Origin: Raillietiella orientalis
Taxonomy: Eukaryota
DNA: 64,000 nucleotides
Assembly: GCA_036172245.1 (NCBI GenBank)
Contig: JAYWIR010000003.1
Location: 4,216,001-4,280,000 of the forward strand
Reading direction: 5' to 3'
The notes beneath the pieces are model-generated. The model worked only from the letters and a program-made list of their open reading frames with translations. It had not been told where the DNA came from and did no database searches. This document shows positions 14,578 to 26,651 of the stretch, one piece after another. The translations under genes were made by a program, and so were the position numbers. Numbering within the stretch: the first letter of the stretch is position 1; every line of letters starts with the position of its first letter.

Positions 14578-17500
14578 AGGAAAGCCAATCGGAATCGCCC
14601 TTTTCCTGTGACTTTTCCGACGCGTACTCTGCCTCCCAAATGGAACCGTTAACGTCTCAGGAGATGCTATCCGTGGAATAGCAGCCCGTCCCGGAGCGGA
14701 GACGGGGATCGCGGCTCGGGTAGAAAACCCGGAACGGAAAAGAAACAAAGAAAACCGAAAAGAAGCCCCGGAGTTGGTTCTCGTACGCTCGATCGATAGG
14801 AAACCAAAGCTTGCGGGCTGCCTCCCTGTTGCACACATGCCGACACAAACGGGCGCAGGTACAACGCGCGCAAACGCACGCGGACGGTTTACGCACACGG
14901 AGGCACACGCGGATGCGCAGAGGCGCACCCATCGATGCACGCAGGGCATGCGACCAGAAAAGAGGCTCCCGCCAGGTGCGAGCGGGCATTCGTGGACATA
15001 TTTACAGGCGCGTGCGAGCACACGTCCACGCGTATCTACGGGAACGCGTGGGTCGCACGCCAAACACGATCAGCGACTGTGTACACGAAGATACATCGAC
15101 AAGGAAAGAAATAGACTGGCGTCTGTATGGAGACATACAGAATGCAAGTGGGGACAGGCGTACATACGCATGCGTGAAGCCGCTTGCCTCTTGGGCTAGG
15201 GGTCAGCGGAAGGATGTGACCAGAAGCAGCTTCTAGTGGGATTCGGAAGGAGGCGAGGGCAATTTGCTTTGGTTCCCGAGAGGACGTCCCACGGGAGGCA
15301 GTCGGCAGTCTCCCGTCTTTCCTCCCGCGTGGGCGAGGGGTCGCGTCGGTCGCCAGAGAGGAGGAGGGGAGCGCGTCATCGAGGGGCCAAGAAGGAAGAA
15401 CAAACCAAAAAAAAGGATGATGAAAGGTGGGGGAAGATGCTGCTGCGTTTCCGGTGAAGCGGAGGTCGCTCCACAGAGGGAACAATGGCGGCTGTCTGCC
15501 GTAGAAGGGTGGAGAGTGGAGGGGGGGGGGGGATTCACGTGCCCCCGTCTTCTCCGCCTGCCATGAGTCCAATGCCGTCGCGGGCGCGCTGCGGCATGGG
15601 ACAGAACATCCCGGACGGGAGCGGGAGGGCACGCGCGTCCCAGCCGCATAGGGGCGAGAGAGGCGAGGGGCGGAGAGGAGGAGCAACAGGGCTGAACCAT
15701 CCGGAGGGGGGATGTGCGGGGCGGCCTGACCGAGAGATCGTCCTGCCTTCCTGCTGCGACGGCTCCTTCCCGGCTGCTCCCGCGGGCTGCTCCGCGGGGA
15801 GAACTGCTCGTTCCCTCCACGTCTTCCACCCCTTTCCCCGAGGGAGCTCGACCGGGAGGGAACGATTGGCTCCGGGAGGGTTGGCCAACCGAGCGGCTGC
15901 GCTGCGGCGGACGACCCTCCCCTCTCAAACGGGGGGGAAAGCGCGGCTCGCGCGCGCGTGTCCCGCCCGGCCTTCCGGCTCGCTGCGTCCGAAACACGGT
16001 CGCGTCGCCGGAGGCAATGAGGTGGATAACGCGACTCAGCCACCCGGACTATGCTAATGGCTCCCGCCCGGGAGCCGCTGATGGAAGCCTTGCGCGCCGT
16101 CGCTGCCGCCACCCGCTCGGAGGGCGGTAGGGAAGACACGAGCGAAAGGGGAAGGAGGGAGGGGTTCGGGCGTATGACCCCTCCTCCCGTCTGCACCAGC
16201 TGGCGCCTCGCCGAGCCCTAGTGCCTTCAGTGCGCTCCGGAAAGTTTCGGGGAAGCTGCGGGACGCACGGCATCCGGTGCATCCCAGAGGGACTCTTCCC
16301 GGTATCGGAGGGGGGGAGGGGGCAATCTTGGCCTTTTTCCCTTCCCGCCTTCCCGCCCTTCCTCGGCTTCTGGAGGCGCCGCTCGATGGAAGGGGGGGGG
16401 GGGATTTTCTTTCATCGCGCTCCCTTCTTTGCAGGGAAGAGAAGGCGCCCCTCCCTGCGCCAGCCCCCGCTGTCTTGTCGCGCCAGGACGCACAGAGTTT
16501 CCGTGTGGGGGGAGGGGGAGAAAAGGATCCTGCCGCGAGGGAGAGCATGGCGGCACGTGCAGGTCCACCGGCAGGTCCGGAGGGGCTGCAGAAGAACGCG
16601 ACTCCCGGCAGATGTCGCCCCCTCGAGGTTCATAAATTTCCCTCCAGCGGAGGTGCAGACGGGGCAGCAGCGAGGGACGAAACCCTTCCTTGCCTGCCTG
16701 CTCCTCCCCCTCCTCCCCCTCCGGGACCTCCGCCGTGGTCTCGCGAGGGAAGGCAAAAGAAGCAGAGAGCGAGGGAAAAGAGGACTATGTGCGAACTCCC
16801 CTCCTCCTGGTCAGGGTTGAGGTCACCCCAGCCCGCGATCGCGTTGTTTCTTTCCCTTCCCTACGCCCTCCCGGTGCCCGGGCCGGATCACAACAAGGAT
16901 GAATTATGGGAGTGCACCCGCTCGCGGCAGCCGCCATCCGGAGAAGGGGAGGAGGAGGGGCAGGGAGCGCACTCACTCCTTCCTCCCGCCTCCGACCTCT
17001 CGCGCCCGAGGGGAAGGGCGGAAACCCGAGTCCCGCCGTGCCACCTTGCCCAGAGAGGGTGCGGATGCTGCGACGACGGACGGGAGAAATCCAATCCCTC
17101 GGGGGCGCTGCTCTGGATTCTTCCTGGCGCTGCTGCTGCTGCTTTCCTCCGCTCTCTTGCGGAGATCAGGGGCTCGGAGGTTGGGTATGTTATCTTCCAC
17201 GACCAGGGAGGGGGCCGATGCCCGGTGGGTTCCGGTCGGGTAGGTGGCTGCTTCCAGGTCCATCCGTTCTCCCCGGCGAGAGGAAGCGGCGTCCCAGCCG
17301 TCCCCCTTCCCTCCTCTCCCTATGGCGCTGTCCTCCCGCTAGCCCCTAGCACGTGCCCTGACCACAGCAGCCCCGGCTCGCGGGTTTCGTGCTCCTTCGT
17401 CCAGTGCCCCGCCTGCCCGCAGGCAGGCAGGCGCGGGGCTTCTCCCGCGCAGTTCTCACGGGCACGCGGACGCGGGGCGAGAGCCCGGCGAGGGGACGGA

Positions 17501-19339
17501 GGAAGAGGGGGAAAGCGCACCTTCCTCCGGGATGGCAGTGACGAGACGTCTTTCATCTCGTGCCAGGGAAAGCTGGGAACCTGAAATCGGAGCACACCGC
17601 CGGTGGGCCCAGCTGACCTACAGGCGACGGTCAGGTCAGCAAGGAAGCAGGAGGGGAAAAGAAAAAGTGTCCCGGATCCCGCCGGGAAGCGAAGACATCT
17701 CTCCCGTCTCCCCGCGAACGATCCCTACAGCCAGGGAGAGGCGCTTCTGGGGACGGCGTGAGAAACCGCGCCCCTCGCTTAATCGCCTCGATGACACCTT
17801 TCGAGTCTCGGAGTGAGCGAGAAGCAGCCTCCTCCCCCTTCCACCCCCACCCTCTCTCCCGGTTTCCCTTTCGTCTCTCTCATGGGGAGGGTCGGGAGAC
17901 GGGGAACGACAGTGGTTCGTGATGGGCTGTCCCTCGCTGGGAGAAAAGTTTGCATCCCAGGTCTCATTCCCGCGGTCCCTTGCCCGATGCAGGCGCCTCC
18001 GCTGGTCGCTTCACCGGAAGCGGGAGGATGGCAGACTCCATCCCTCACCATGGCATCAATGGAAGGGTAGGTAAGGGAGCGCAGCTCCTGGTAGGCTGTT
18101 GAGATTTCGGGAAAGGCTTCCATCCTCCCCCCCCCCCTCCCTACTTGGGGGTCAGGTAAAGACCACGGTGCTCCGGGAAAGGAACCGATGGATGCAATGA
18201 CTTCCCTCCTTCTTTGGAATCCACAGCTCCATATGATCCGCAAGAGCGAGGTCGATGCTGGGTGTCCCCCTTTTCCCCCGACTCCTGTTGTCACCCCACG
18301 GGAACCAGCTGGCAGTGCTTCGTCCAGGTTTCCTCCTCCCCCAGATGCCCCTCCTCCAGCCCGATCTCCACCGTCGTGGCATTTCGCCGGATGAGCTCGC
18401 CCGACGGTTGTTCCGCTCTCTGGAGGTCGCGTTGCCTGGTTCCAGATCTCGCGCTAACGGAAGCAAGCACAGCCGCACGCGTACGAGAGCACCCGACCTG
18501 GAGAGCGCACGATGGAGTGTGCCGGCTCGGGAGCGAGTCGCTTCCGGGAAAGCAGACCGAAATTCACCGCATTCCGGCGGACTACCGAGGATTTTCGCTC
18601 TCCCGAGGTCCTGCATCCAGTTCGATGCTCCGTTGGTAATAAGAGCTGCGATTCTTTGTAGCAAATCCAACGGACCAGCAGATCCTCCCCCCCCCCTTCC
18701 CCGAATGCCGAGACCGTTCACACATTGTTGCGTCAGCACCACCCACGTATTGTTGACACAGCATCGCCTACGCATTGTTACGCTTATTTTTCTTGAGATT
18801 GGCTTTTTCCCCCCTCCACTGCAGGGCGAGCATCCGCTTTGGTGCATCCATGTCGCTTGTAAAGGACAACATTCCTAATTTTTAATTACGGCGTGCATGC
18901 CTACCAATTTTTCTCAGCGTCCCCCTCCTCTCTTTCTAGCCCAGCGTTGCGCATTGTAAACTCTGATGAACTTCTCAAGGAAGCAGTGTGAGCAGAATCC
19001 TTTTTTGTTGTCCTAAAGCCGTTGTGCAGGAAGAGAACGCCACTCGATCTGACGGCCTTGCTCCATTAAAAACTCGTTCGCTGAGGTGTCGACCCTCGTT
19101 GACATGCTCCAGAAACTGCCTCAGCCTTTAGGAAGCTGCTTGTAGGAATAGTTTGAGTTGCTATTTCTAGATGTAGCGGTCATCAGCTTTCTCTCCGATG
19201 GGGGGAGAGGACCGAGAACACATGAGACAATAAAAAGAACGAATTAAGAAGAATCAATGTATTTCCAATTCGCCAAGTGGGGAGAATATCCAACGACTAC
19301 CTTCCTCAGCAATTTTTTTTTTCTTGTGTTTCGATGAAG

Positions 19340-20200
19340 ACTTGTGAACTTGCGCCAAGTGAGGTGCGCCACGGGCGGCTCAATTGTATCTTATCCGACA
19401 GAAAAGGTCTCTTCTGATCTCATCCTTTCTGAGTCGGAAGGAACCTTTTCAAAATCCTTCGAGATTAGGATGAGAAGCAGCGACGCTCATTCGCCCGAAT
19501 GGCAATTTCATTTGGCTGGGATGTTTCAAGCTGCTACTAAGAATATGCCTGATGGAATGGTGACTAGTGGATGGCGAGTGCAAGTGACTAATGCATCGGC
19601 GGTGCATTCGTGTCACAATGGCAGTTTCCATTTCTGGTTTTGAAGAAGGTCAATCAGAAATTCTCAGAAGGGAGTCGCAAACAGCAGCGAAACCACAGAG
19701 GCAAACGACAGCAGGAGAACAGAAAAGCAGGCAGTAAGGCACTCTGGGATCTTCTGAAACAAATATTGTTTCGGACATTCTTGCGCCTTCCTCCTCGAGC
19801 ACTTCCGAGCTCTCCCACCGGAGCTTTCCGTTCCGTTTCCTTCCGTGAGGCAGAAAAGAAGTGGAAAGAAAGGAGGAACCCTTTACGTCTCTAACTCTTC
19901 CGGAATTGCCAAGATTTAGGCAACACATCTGATCTCCAGAGCGAAGTCTCTCGACTGGGATGATGGGAGTCGAGGAGAAAGGCGAAACGACGCGGCAGAC
20001 TGCCTGCTGCAAGAGATGCCGGTCCAGAACCTCAAAATTCGGTCGTATTTCATCCAACGGTTTTCCCTGCTTTCACCTGCTGAATCCTGTCTTCCGCATG
20101 TCATTGTCAAGCAATGTTCCAGCCCAGGAGCAAGGGGAAGCGGGACCATCAATCCTAGGACTTCGACAGGCGGCTGAAAAGAGGCGCAGTCGATTTCGCC
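19340..20200 (+). mobile_element. Decayed L1/Tx1-like RT fragment
   Basis: EGTFSKSFEIRMRSSDAHSPEWQF resembles NGxxSxxFxIxRGVRQGxPLSPxLF, with downstream spacing consistent with RT. Confidence 0.45.
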
Positions 20201-23200
20201 GAATGGAGGCTACCATTGCGTCTGCAGGCGGCAGCACTTCCAGGAATCCCGAGGGATCGTTGCGGAGACACCACGGAAGCGCCGGAAGGAACAGGATGGA
20301 AAAAGAAAGCAAGAGTGTCTGCAAGGATGAACGGGGGCACAGGCGGCAGCAGCAGCCAGGAAGAGGGGCTCAAACGGCAGCAGCAGAGGTCGAGGAGGCC
20401 GTATGGGGGAGCGGTGGTGACCCAAGCACTGAGACAAAAGGGCGGAATCCCGGGTCCTGTCTGCCTTCCTGATTCCTGCAAGTGCCTTAAACGGATCCCG
20501 GCCACCGGAGCCAAAGGTGCTCATTCCCGCCCGCGATCCACATCACTGCGGCGGCTCCCCGAGAGGTCGGAAGCGGGGCGCCGCTGCTTAGCAGCCCCTT
20601 AACTTCTATGTGATTCGCCGGCGATGTTCATCCCTATCAGGAGGTGATGCTCGTACTTCGGGTGCCGCCGCGAATGGACGGCGGCAGGAGGACCGCGTTC
20701 TCCGGTCGCTTCCCCCTTTTTTCGACACCTCGCCGGGAACACGTCCCCTCCCTCTCTTCCCTGCATTGGCTCGACCCTCCGACGCGTTCTCCGATCGGGT
20801 TAGGGGCGTGTCCCGCCAAGGCCATCTGGAAGCAGGTGGCAGACTCGGCTCTACGTCCACTCCGCTGGCCCCGGAATCAGCGCTTCCCCCCTCCTCCTCC
20901 TCTTTCACTTCCCCTTTCCATACGTCCTCCTCCTCTTCCCGATCCTTGCAGCGAAGACTGGCGCTTCGTGGACTGCGTTCCCAGGTGGTGAGCGCGTGCG
21001 CTCTCTCCTCCGAAATGAGACGCCTCTGGAGAAGACGGTGATGATCCCACCACTGCCAGTGAGGGCCGGGAAGCAGGGAGCTTCAGCTCCCATCGCCAAA
21101 TGGCTCTGCCTTGCTTCCGGGCGTCACGCGCCTCTCGCGCTCCCTGCGAGGAGGTCCTCCTACGCACCGCTCGCATCGCGCTGCTCCCTCCTCAGGGAAG
21201 AAGAGGGGCGGGGAGAGTTTCGCCTGCCCTGAGGTTCTCTCGGAAAGGCTGCTGCTCCTTCTCATCCCTGGCTTCCCTGAAAAGGGCGCGGGAGTCTCCG
21301 CTTGTATCTCGGGGCGCCTTGAAGAGCAGCAGGGAGCTGCCCGTTGTCCGGAACTTTGGATCGCTTCCGCTCCCGGGAAGACAGGGAACAGGAGGAGGAG
21401 AAGGGGACTGACCCTCCTGCTCGCACGGTCGGGGCCGAGAGAGCTCCTCGAGCGCCGCTGCGAAGGAGCGTCCCCGTCGCATGCTTCCCCCTCCTGACCA
21501 AAGGGCTCTCTCCCGGTTGCGGGACCCCGCAAGCGCCTTGCTCGACCGTCGCCGGCTGTGGCAGCCCGGACGTTCCCGCCGAAAAGAGCGGGAGTGTCCC
21601 TCCTGTGACCTCTTCCCCTTCCTCCTCCCTCCCTCCCTCCCTCCCTCCCTCTCCCCGTTTTCCAGTGCCGAAGGAGGGAGCACTCAGGGAGGGACAAAAA
21701 GAGGGAGGGACAGGAGGCTGAATAAGACGTCGGCGCCTCTGTCAGCGCGCGGACCGCCCGCTCGAGCTGGCTGATGGATGGCGCGAGGCGGTGTGGCGGT
21801 CGCGCACGCAGCGGCGATGCGCCGTCGCCTCAGGGTGACCAGGGCGGAGAAGAGGAAGAAAGGGGAGGAGGAGGAGGAGAAAAGAAGGGAGAAAGGGAGA
21901 AGGGGTGGGAGGGATGGGGGGGGGGGGAGAGGTCGGAAAGCGGGATGACACGGCGCGGATCCCTGCGAGCCTTTCACGCCGGTCGCCCCGACAATGCCGC
22001 CGCGCCCGGATCCCGGCGCTGCCTCTTTCGGCGAGGCACCGGCGGGTGATAAATCGCCCTGCTTTGTCCCCCCCGCTCGCCGTCGCTCCCGGCGCATGTG
22101 CTCTCTCTCAGCGGGGAAACAGTTGGACTTTCGGGAAGGGGGGGGGGAGGGGGAGGAGGAGGAGGAGGGAGGAAGGATGGGCCGGGAGGAGCTGACATTT
22201 CTATTATGGTCCTGGAGACAAACGATCCCGCGGTTCGATTTTTCGCTCTTTTTTTCACTCCTCTTTTCCCGATTTTTTTTTCTTTTTTTTTTGTTTTGCC
22301 GCTTCCTCGGGATCGATCCATCGGTACTCTTTTTGGAGCTTTGACGTCATCAAGCCCTCCCTCGATACCCGGCGGTGTGAGCGGCCACGGCGACGAGGAC
22401 AGGGCGGAACTCCCGCGACGCTGCGGCGCGTAGCAGCAGCAGCAGCAGCAGCAGGCAGCAGGCTGATCGCCGTTGTCCCGTCCTCCGAGGAAGGGGAGGT
22501 AAAAGGGGGAGAGGTGCATCCCGAAGGAGAGGAAGAGGCAGAGGAGAAGCTGACCCGACTGAAGGGGGAAAGAAGATGCGGTCCAGTCCCGGCCTCCCTC
22601 CGAGAGCATCCCTAGCGAGCGACACGTCCTCGCCGTCTCCTCGCTCCCGGGAAGTCAGCAGCCCGAAGGCCGCCAGCGGGGCCTCCGGGCAGGCACGGGA
22701 ACGAATCCCCTCCTGGAAATCCACGGCGAGTTCCTGCAAAGCGGAACTCGCCGTGGCGGGCTCCGCTTCCGGTTCCCATGGAGACATTGCCTGGGGGCGT
22801 GCCGGGAACGCGCAGACCGGAAGCGCCTCCAGCCGGGATGCTCCCTTCAGAGCGCCGGTAGAGCTCCTCGCCTCCGGCCTCCCTGGAGGTCCCTCCCTGC
22901 CTAGGATCCAGCCCTCAGGGGGGAGGGATGCCGCTGCTTTCGGTCCCTTTCCTGTCCCTCCGATCAACCGCGCGCGAGGGCCCGCCGCGGGTTAAGTCGA
23001 TGGAGTCGCGGGAACTTATCAGATCAGCATCGCCCGTTCCCATGGAGATAATCGTTCACTTTGCGCCGCGTGCCGTGTACGCACACACCTCGCATCGCTG
23101 GAGCCGGCGGGAAGGATCGGAGCCGAGCGTTCAGGCGACATGCAGCCTCCTCCCTCGCAGGAGCGGGAAGATCCGGCAGCCTCAACGAGGGCGGAGGCGG

Positions 23201-23285
23201 CGGGCGGGAGCGGGGTGCGACCAGAGGAGGTGCCGCGGGGAGCGAGGGTTGGCAGGGGAGACCTGGGGGAGGGGAGGGAAGGTTT

Positions 23286-23498
23286 GCGGCGGAAGCTCTC
23301 ATTCTTCATGTCCCTCGTGGCGGCGGCGTTCAGAGGGAGAGCAGTCGGTAACTTCACGCTTGGGGGCCGCTCTGAGGTCCAGAGGCTGCTGTTCTCTGTC
23401 ACGGGGGGAAGCTTCTCGGACTTTTGGCTAAGATCAAAGTGGGGGAAGCAGCCATCCCTCCTCCGTCTTCCCGAGAGAGAAGCAGGCAGGAAAATGAG
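23286..23498 (-). pseudogene. Decayed partial third copy of the hamlet-like gene (PLDLS region)
   Basis: Aligns without gaps to 27371..27546 apart from one 37-nt insertion (about 73% identity by hand count). Encodes [15 protein letters not shown] versus [15 protein letters not shown], with a frameshift and an in-frame TGA. Confidence 0.85.
23411..23441 (+). pseudogene. 3'-truncated U2 snRNA retrocopy (about nt 4-33) with target-site duplication GGGGGAAGC (23404-23412, 23441-23449)
   Basis: GCTTCTCGGaCTTTTGGCTAAGATCAAAGTG matches the U2 5' end with one substitution. It is absent from the homologous site in paralog A. Confidence 0.88.
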
Positions 23499-23504
23499 TT
23501 TGTC

Positions 23505-23730
23505 AGTCTTCTTCCTATTCCTCCTTTTTCCTCTTCCGTTTCTCTTTTTCCCTTGTTCTTCCTCTTTCCTTCTCCCACCTGCCTTCCTCCTCCTTCCTTG
23601 TTCTTCCTCTTCCCCTTTCTCCTCTTCTTCTTTTCCTCCTCCTGTCCCCTTCTCCCCCCTCCTCCCTTTCTCCTTCTACCTCCCTCCTCTTCTTTCTTTC
23701 CCCTTCTCCTTCTTCTCCTCCCTCTCTGCT
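23505..23730. repeat. Polypyrimidine (CT-rich) low-complexity tract
   Basis: Almost purely C/T on the + strand. It adjoins the third-copy relic where paralog A has its poly-Glu tract. Confidence 0.85.
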
Positions 23731-26651
23731 TTCGAGCAGCCGCGTTCCTTTCGAAGGGACGTTCCCTGGTGCTGCCCGTTCTGGAGGAGGGCCGACGTGC
23801 TTGCTTACCCCGGAGGCAGTTACCAAAGTCTGCGCGGCTCCTCGCTGTTGCTGCTCTCGCTTTCCTTCCCGAATCCCGTCTCGAGGGTCGCAGGTGCCTG
23901 GAGAGGGAGGCGGCTTCTCCCAAGGCGCGCCCCTTTGCCCCCGCCCCCTCCCTCTTCCCGTGCTCTTACGCGGTGCGGCGCATTCGATCGGGCAAGAAGC
24001 CAGAAGGGGCGGGTGGTGCACCGCGGAGGGGAGCGGGAGACCAAGAGGGAGGAGGAGCGGGAAGAAGCAGAGGAGAGAGGGGATCCCGCCCCTTCCCTCG
24101 ACTCCTGCGGTTTCGGGTGAAGCCAGGCGAGCGGACGAGCTCGTGACACGGAGGGAAGAAGGCGGGAAGCGGGGAAGGGGGGGAGGAGGAGGAAAGAGGA
24201 GGAGGAGGAAGAGGGAGAAGGCTGACAGCTCCCGGCGTTCCCGGGAACGCTTCAATCTTCTCTAATAGAAACGGAGGAACGCGATTCGCCAGGTGCATCC
24301 TTGCGTGCCCTCCTTGCGCAGTAAGGAATTTAATAACCGCCGAGGCGCGAAATCCATCAATTCGGGACGCGTTCCGCCGGCGGTCCCGAGGCTCCCGAAC
24401 AGATAGGCAGGGGGACGATTAAGCGGCCGGGGATTCGTGACGCCGTGTTTTATCAATACGTGATCGATGGCGCTGTTCATCCGTTTCCGATAAGGCGGGA
24501 GGGCCCGCTCACGCGAGAGCGGTAGCGGCGGGCTTCCGCGCATCCTCCGCCGGGCATCGCGTGAGGGCGTCCCGGCGGACGACGGCACACGGAGATGATT
24601 CAATGAGATTAGGGGTGAGGAAACCTGCGATAATTCTATATGGGGGAAATGGATGGGGAGAGGAGGGGGGTCCCTGACGTCCTTAAACGCTAATTGGGTC
24701 CGGAATTCGAGGGCGGCACGCAGGGGCCGCCGCCGCCGCCGCCACTCGCGGTTGGACGAGTCCTCCGTCCGCCCCCGCCTTCTTCTTCTTCTTCTTCTGC
24801 CGCCGCCGCCGTCCCTGAAATCCGCATTCGTCCTGCTTGCCCGCGCCTCTCTCCTCTTTGCGGACCGAGGGGTTCCTCCCAGGCGACCCGGCAGTCCGGT
24901 CGGTGGTCGACTTGCCCTGCCCATCCCTCCTTTACTCCCTCTTCCTTGATCCAGGAAAGACCCATCCGGGGGCTACCGCGCCTCCCGCCCTCCTCAGGAA
25001 GGTAACCTTGCCGGAAGGCGGGTGATCGCCAAGCAGACTCCTCGAGGGAAACCGTGAGCGTGGACTCGCTGCTCCTCCTCTTCAGACGAGGGGATCCCCA
25101 CAGGACCGGACGGGGGCTCCAGTCGCCCCCCTCTCCCGTGGCGCGACTGACGAGCTCCCCGGTTCACAAGGAGGAACCGGAGGAGGAGGAGAAGCGGGAA
25201 CGTGGGGTCTATAGCTCCTGAGTTCAGGAAGGGAGGGTGGAGCGGTCGGCGAAGAGGTAGAGGGGCCGCCCTCTCGGCGTCGGGAAGGCGGAATAAGGTT
25301 CCCGGGAGCATCTTTAGGGTCGAGGAGTCGCAAGGGGAGCCACGTTTTCTCCTAGCCGGGGAGGAAGCGGACGGAGGAAGGAGAATGAAGGGAGGGGGTG
25401 GGAGTGGAAGGGGAGTTCGTGGCTCAGGAAACTTCTTTCCCCGTGGGGTCGCTACCGACATCTCCGGGCTGCCCATGAGAGGAGGGAGAGGGAGGAAGAG
25501 AATAGGGCGGGTAAGGGCAACCTTTTCTTTCGGTCTCTCTCGCGCCTCCGGAGGGGCTTCCCGGTGCCCTCTCAGAGGTCCTTCGTGTCTCGTGAGCGTT
25601 AAGCCCGCAGGAATGTCAGGGGGCAGACACCGCTCCGGGACCCCGTGCATCGGACAGGAAGTTGCGTTCCGGTAATGGGAGATCCCGGGAGGATGCTAAT
25701 TGGACCCCGCTGCTGCTCGAGAGGAAGCCGCTAATGCCTCGATCGCGGCGGCCAATCAGAGCGCGCGCGCCTCCTCCCGTTCTCCCCCACCCCTCTTCCC
25801 CTCCCGCCGTGCGCCTGGGAGCACCCGCGGGGAGCACGGAGCAGGAAGAGATGTTGAGGAAGCAGGAGTAGGAGGGAATACGCAAACGGCTCGCCACCCT
25901 CCTCCTCCCGGCCCACTGGCGCCCACTTCTTCCCCTCTGGAGGGGGGGTGACTCGGTCCCCCAAGTCCCGCCTCCCTGAGAGGGGGGCACCGTGGGGCGA
26001 AGGACATCCTCGTCAGAAGAGGAAAGGGTGATGGTGGAAAGGGCGTTTCTGGGAGGAAGGGGCGGAAACTCCCCGCCCTCACCCCATGAGAGCGCGCAGG
26101 AGGGTGGAGGCGGCGGCACAAGGCCTACGGGGACTCTCCATTCCCCGAGACGAGGACGGGCCGGTCCTTCCTGGCCCGCAGATGAGGCTCGCCCGCCGTC
26201 CGTCAGCGAGCGTTTAGGTGGGGCGCGCTCGAAGCAGGAAGTGGGCGGCGGGAACGCAGCCTCTCCGAACCGCTTCCCGTTCCACAAGGGCGGTTCCTCC
26301 CGATCCTTTCAGCTGGAGGATTCCATTAACGGAGGAGGAGCACTCCCGGCCCATTCCCTCCTAAGTGGCGTTCGCTGTTCCCACTCGCGATCTTCCCCTG
26401 CCTTCCCCTCCCCGCCCTCTCCCGGCCTGTTCCCGTCCTTTTTTTTCCTCTCTCTCTCCTTTTTTCCTTTTTTTCAACCTGCTTTTTTGCTTCTTCCTCT
26501 TTCCCTCACCCCTTCCTCCCGGAATTCTGGACTCCTCTCCTATTACGCCGGGGGCTGCGCGTGCGTCGCCTCCGGGAGGCTTTTCTCTCCCGCCTAGAGG
26601 GAGCTGGCACGGAAAGGAATGAGGGAGGGAGTGCAGAGGGCTCATCGACGG

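Noticed and set aside
23411..23441. Functional U2 snRNA gene
   Set aside because: Only about 31 nt are present. There is no Sm site, 3' stem-loops or snRNA promoter, and it is flanked by a TSD.
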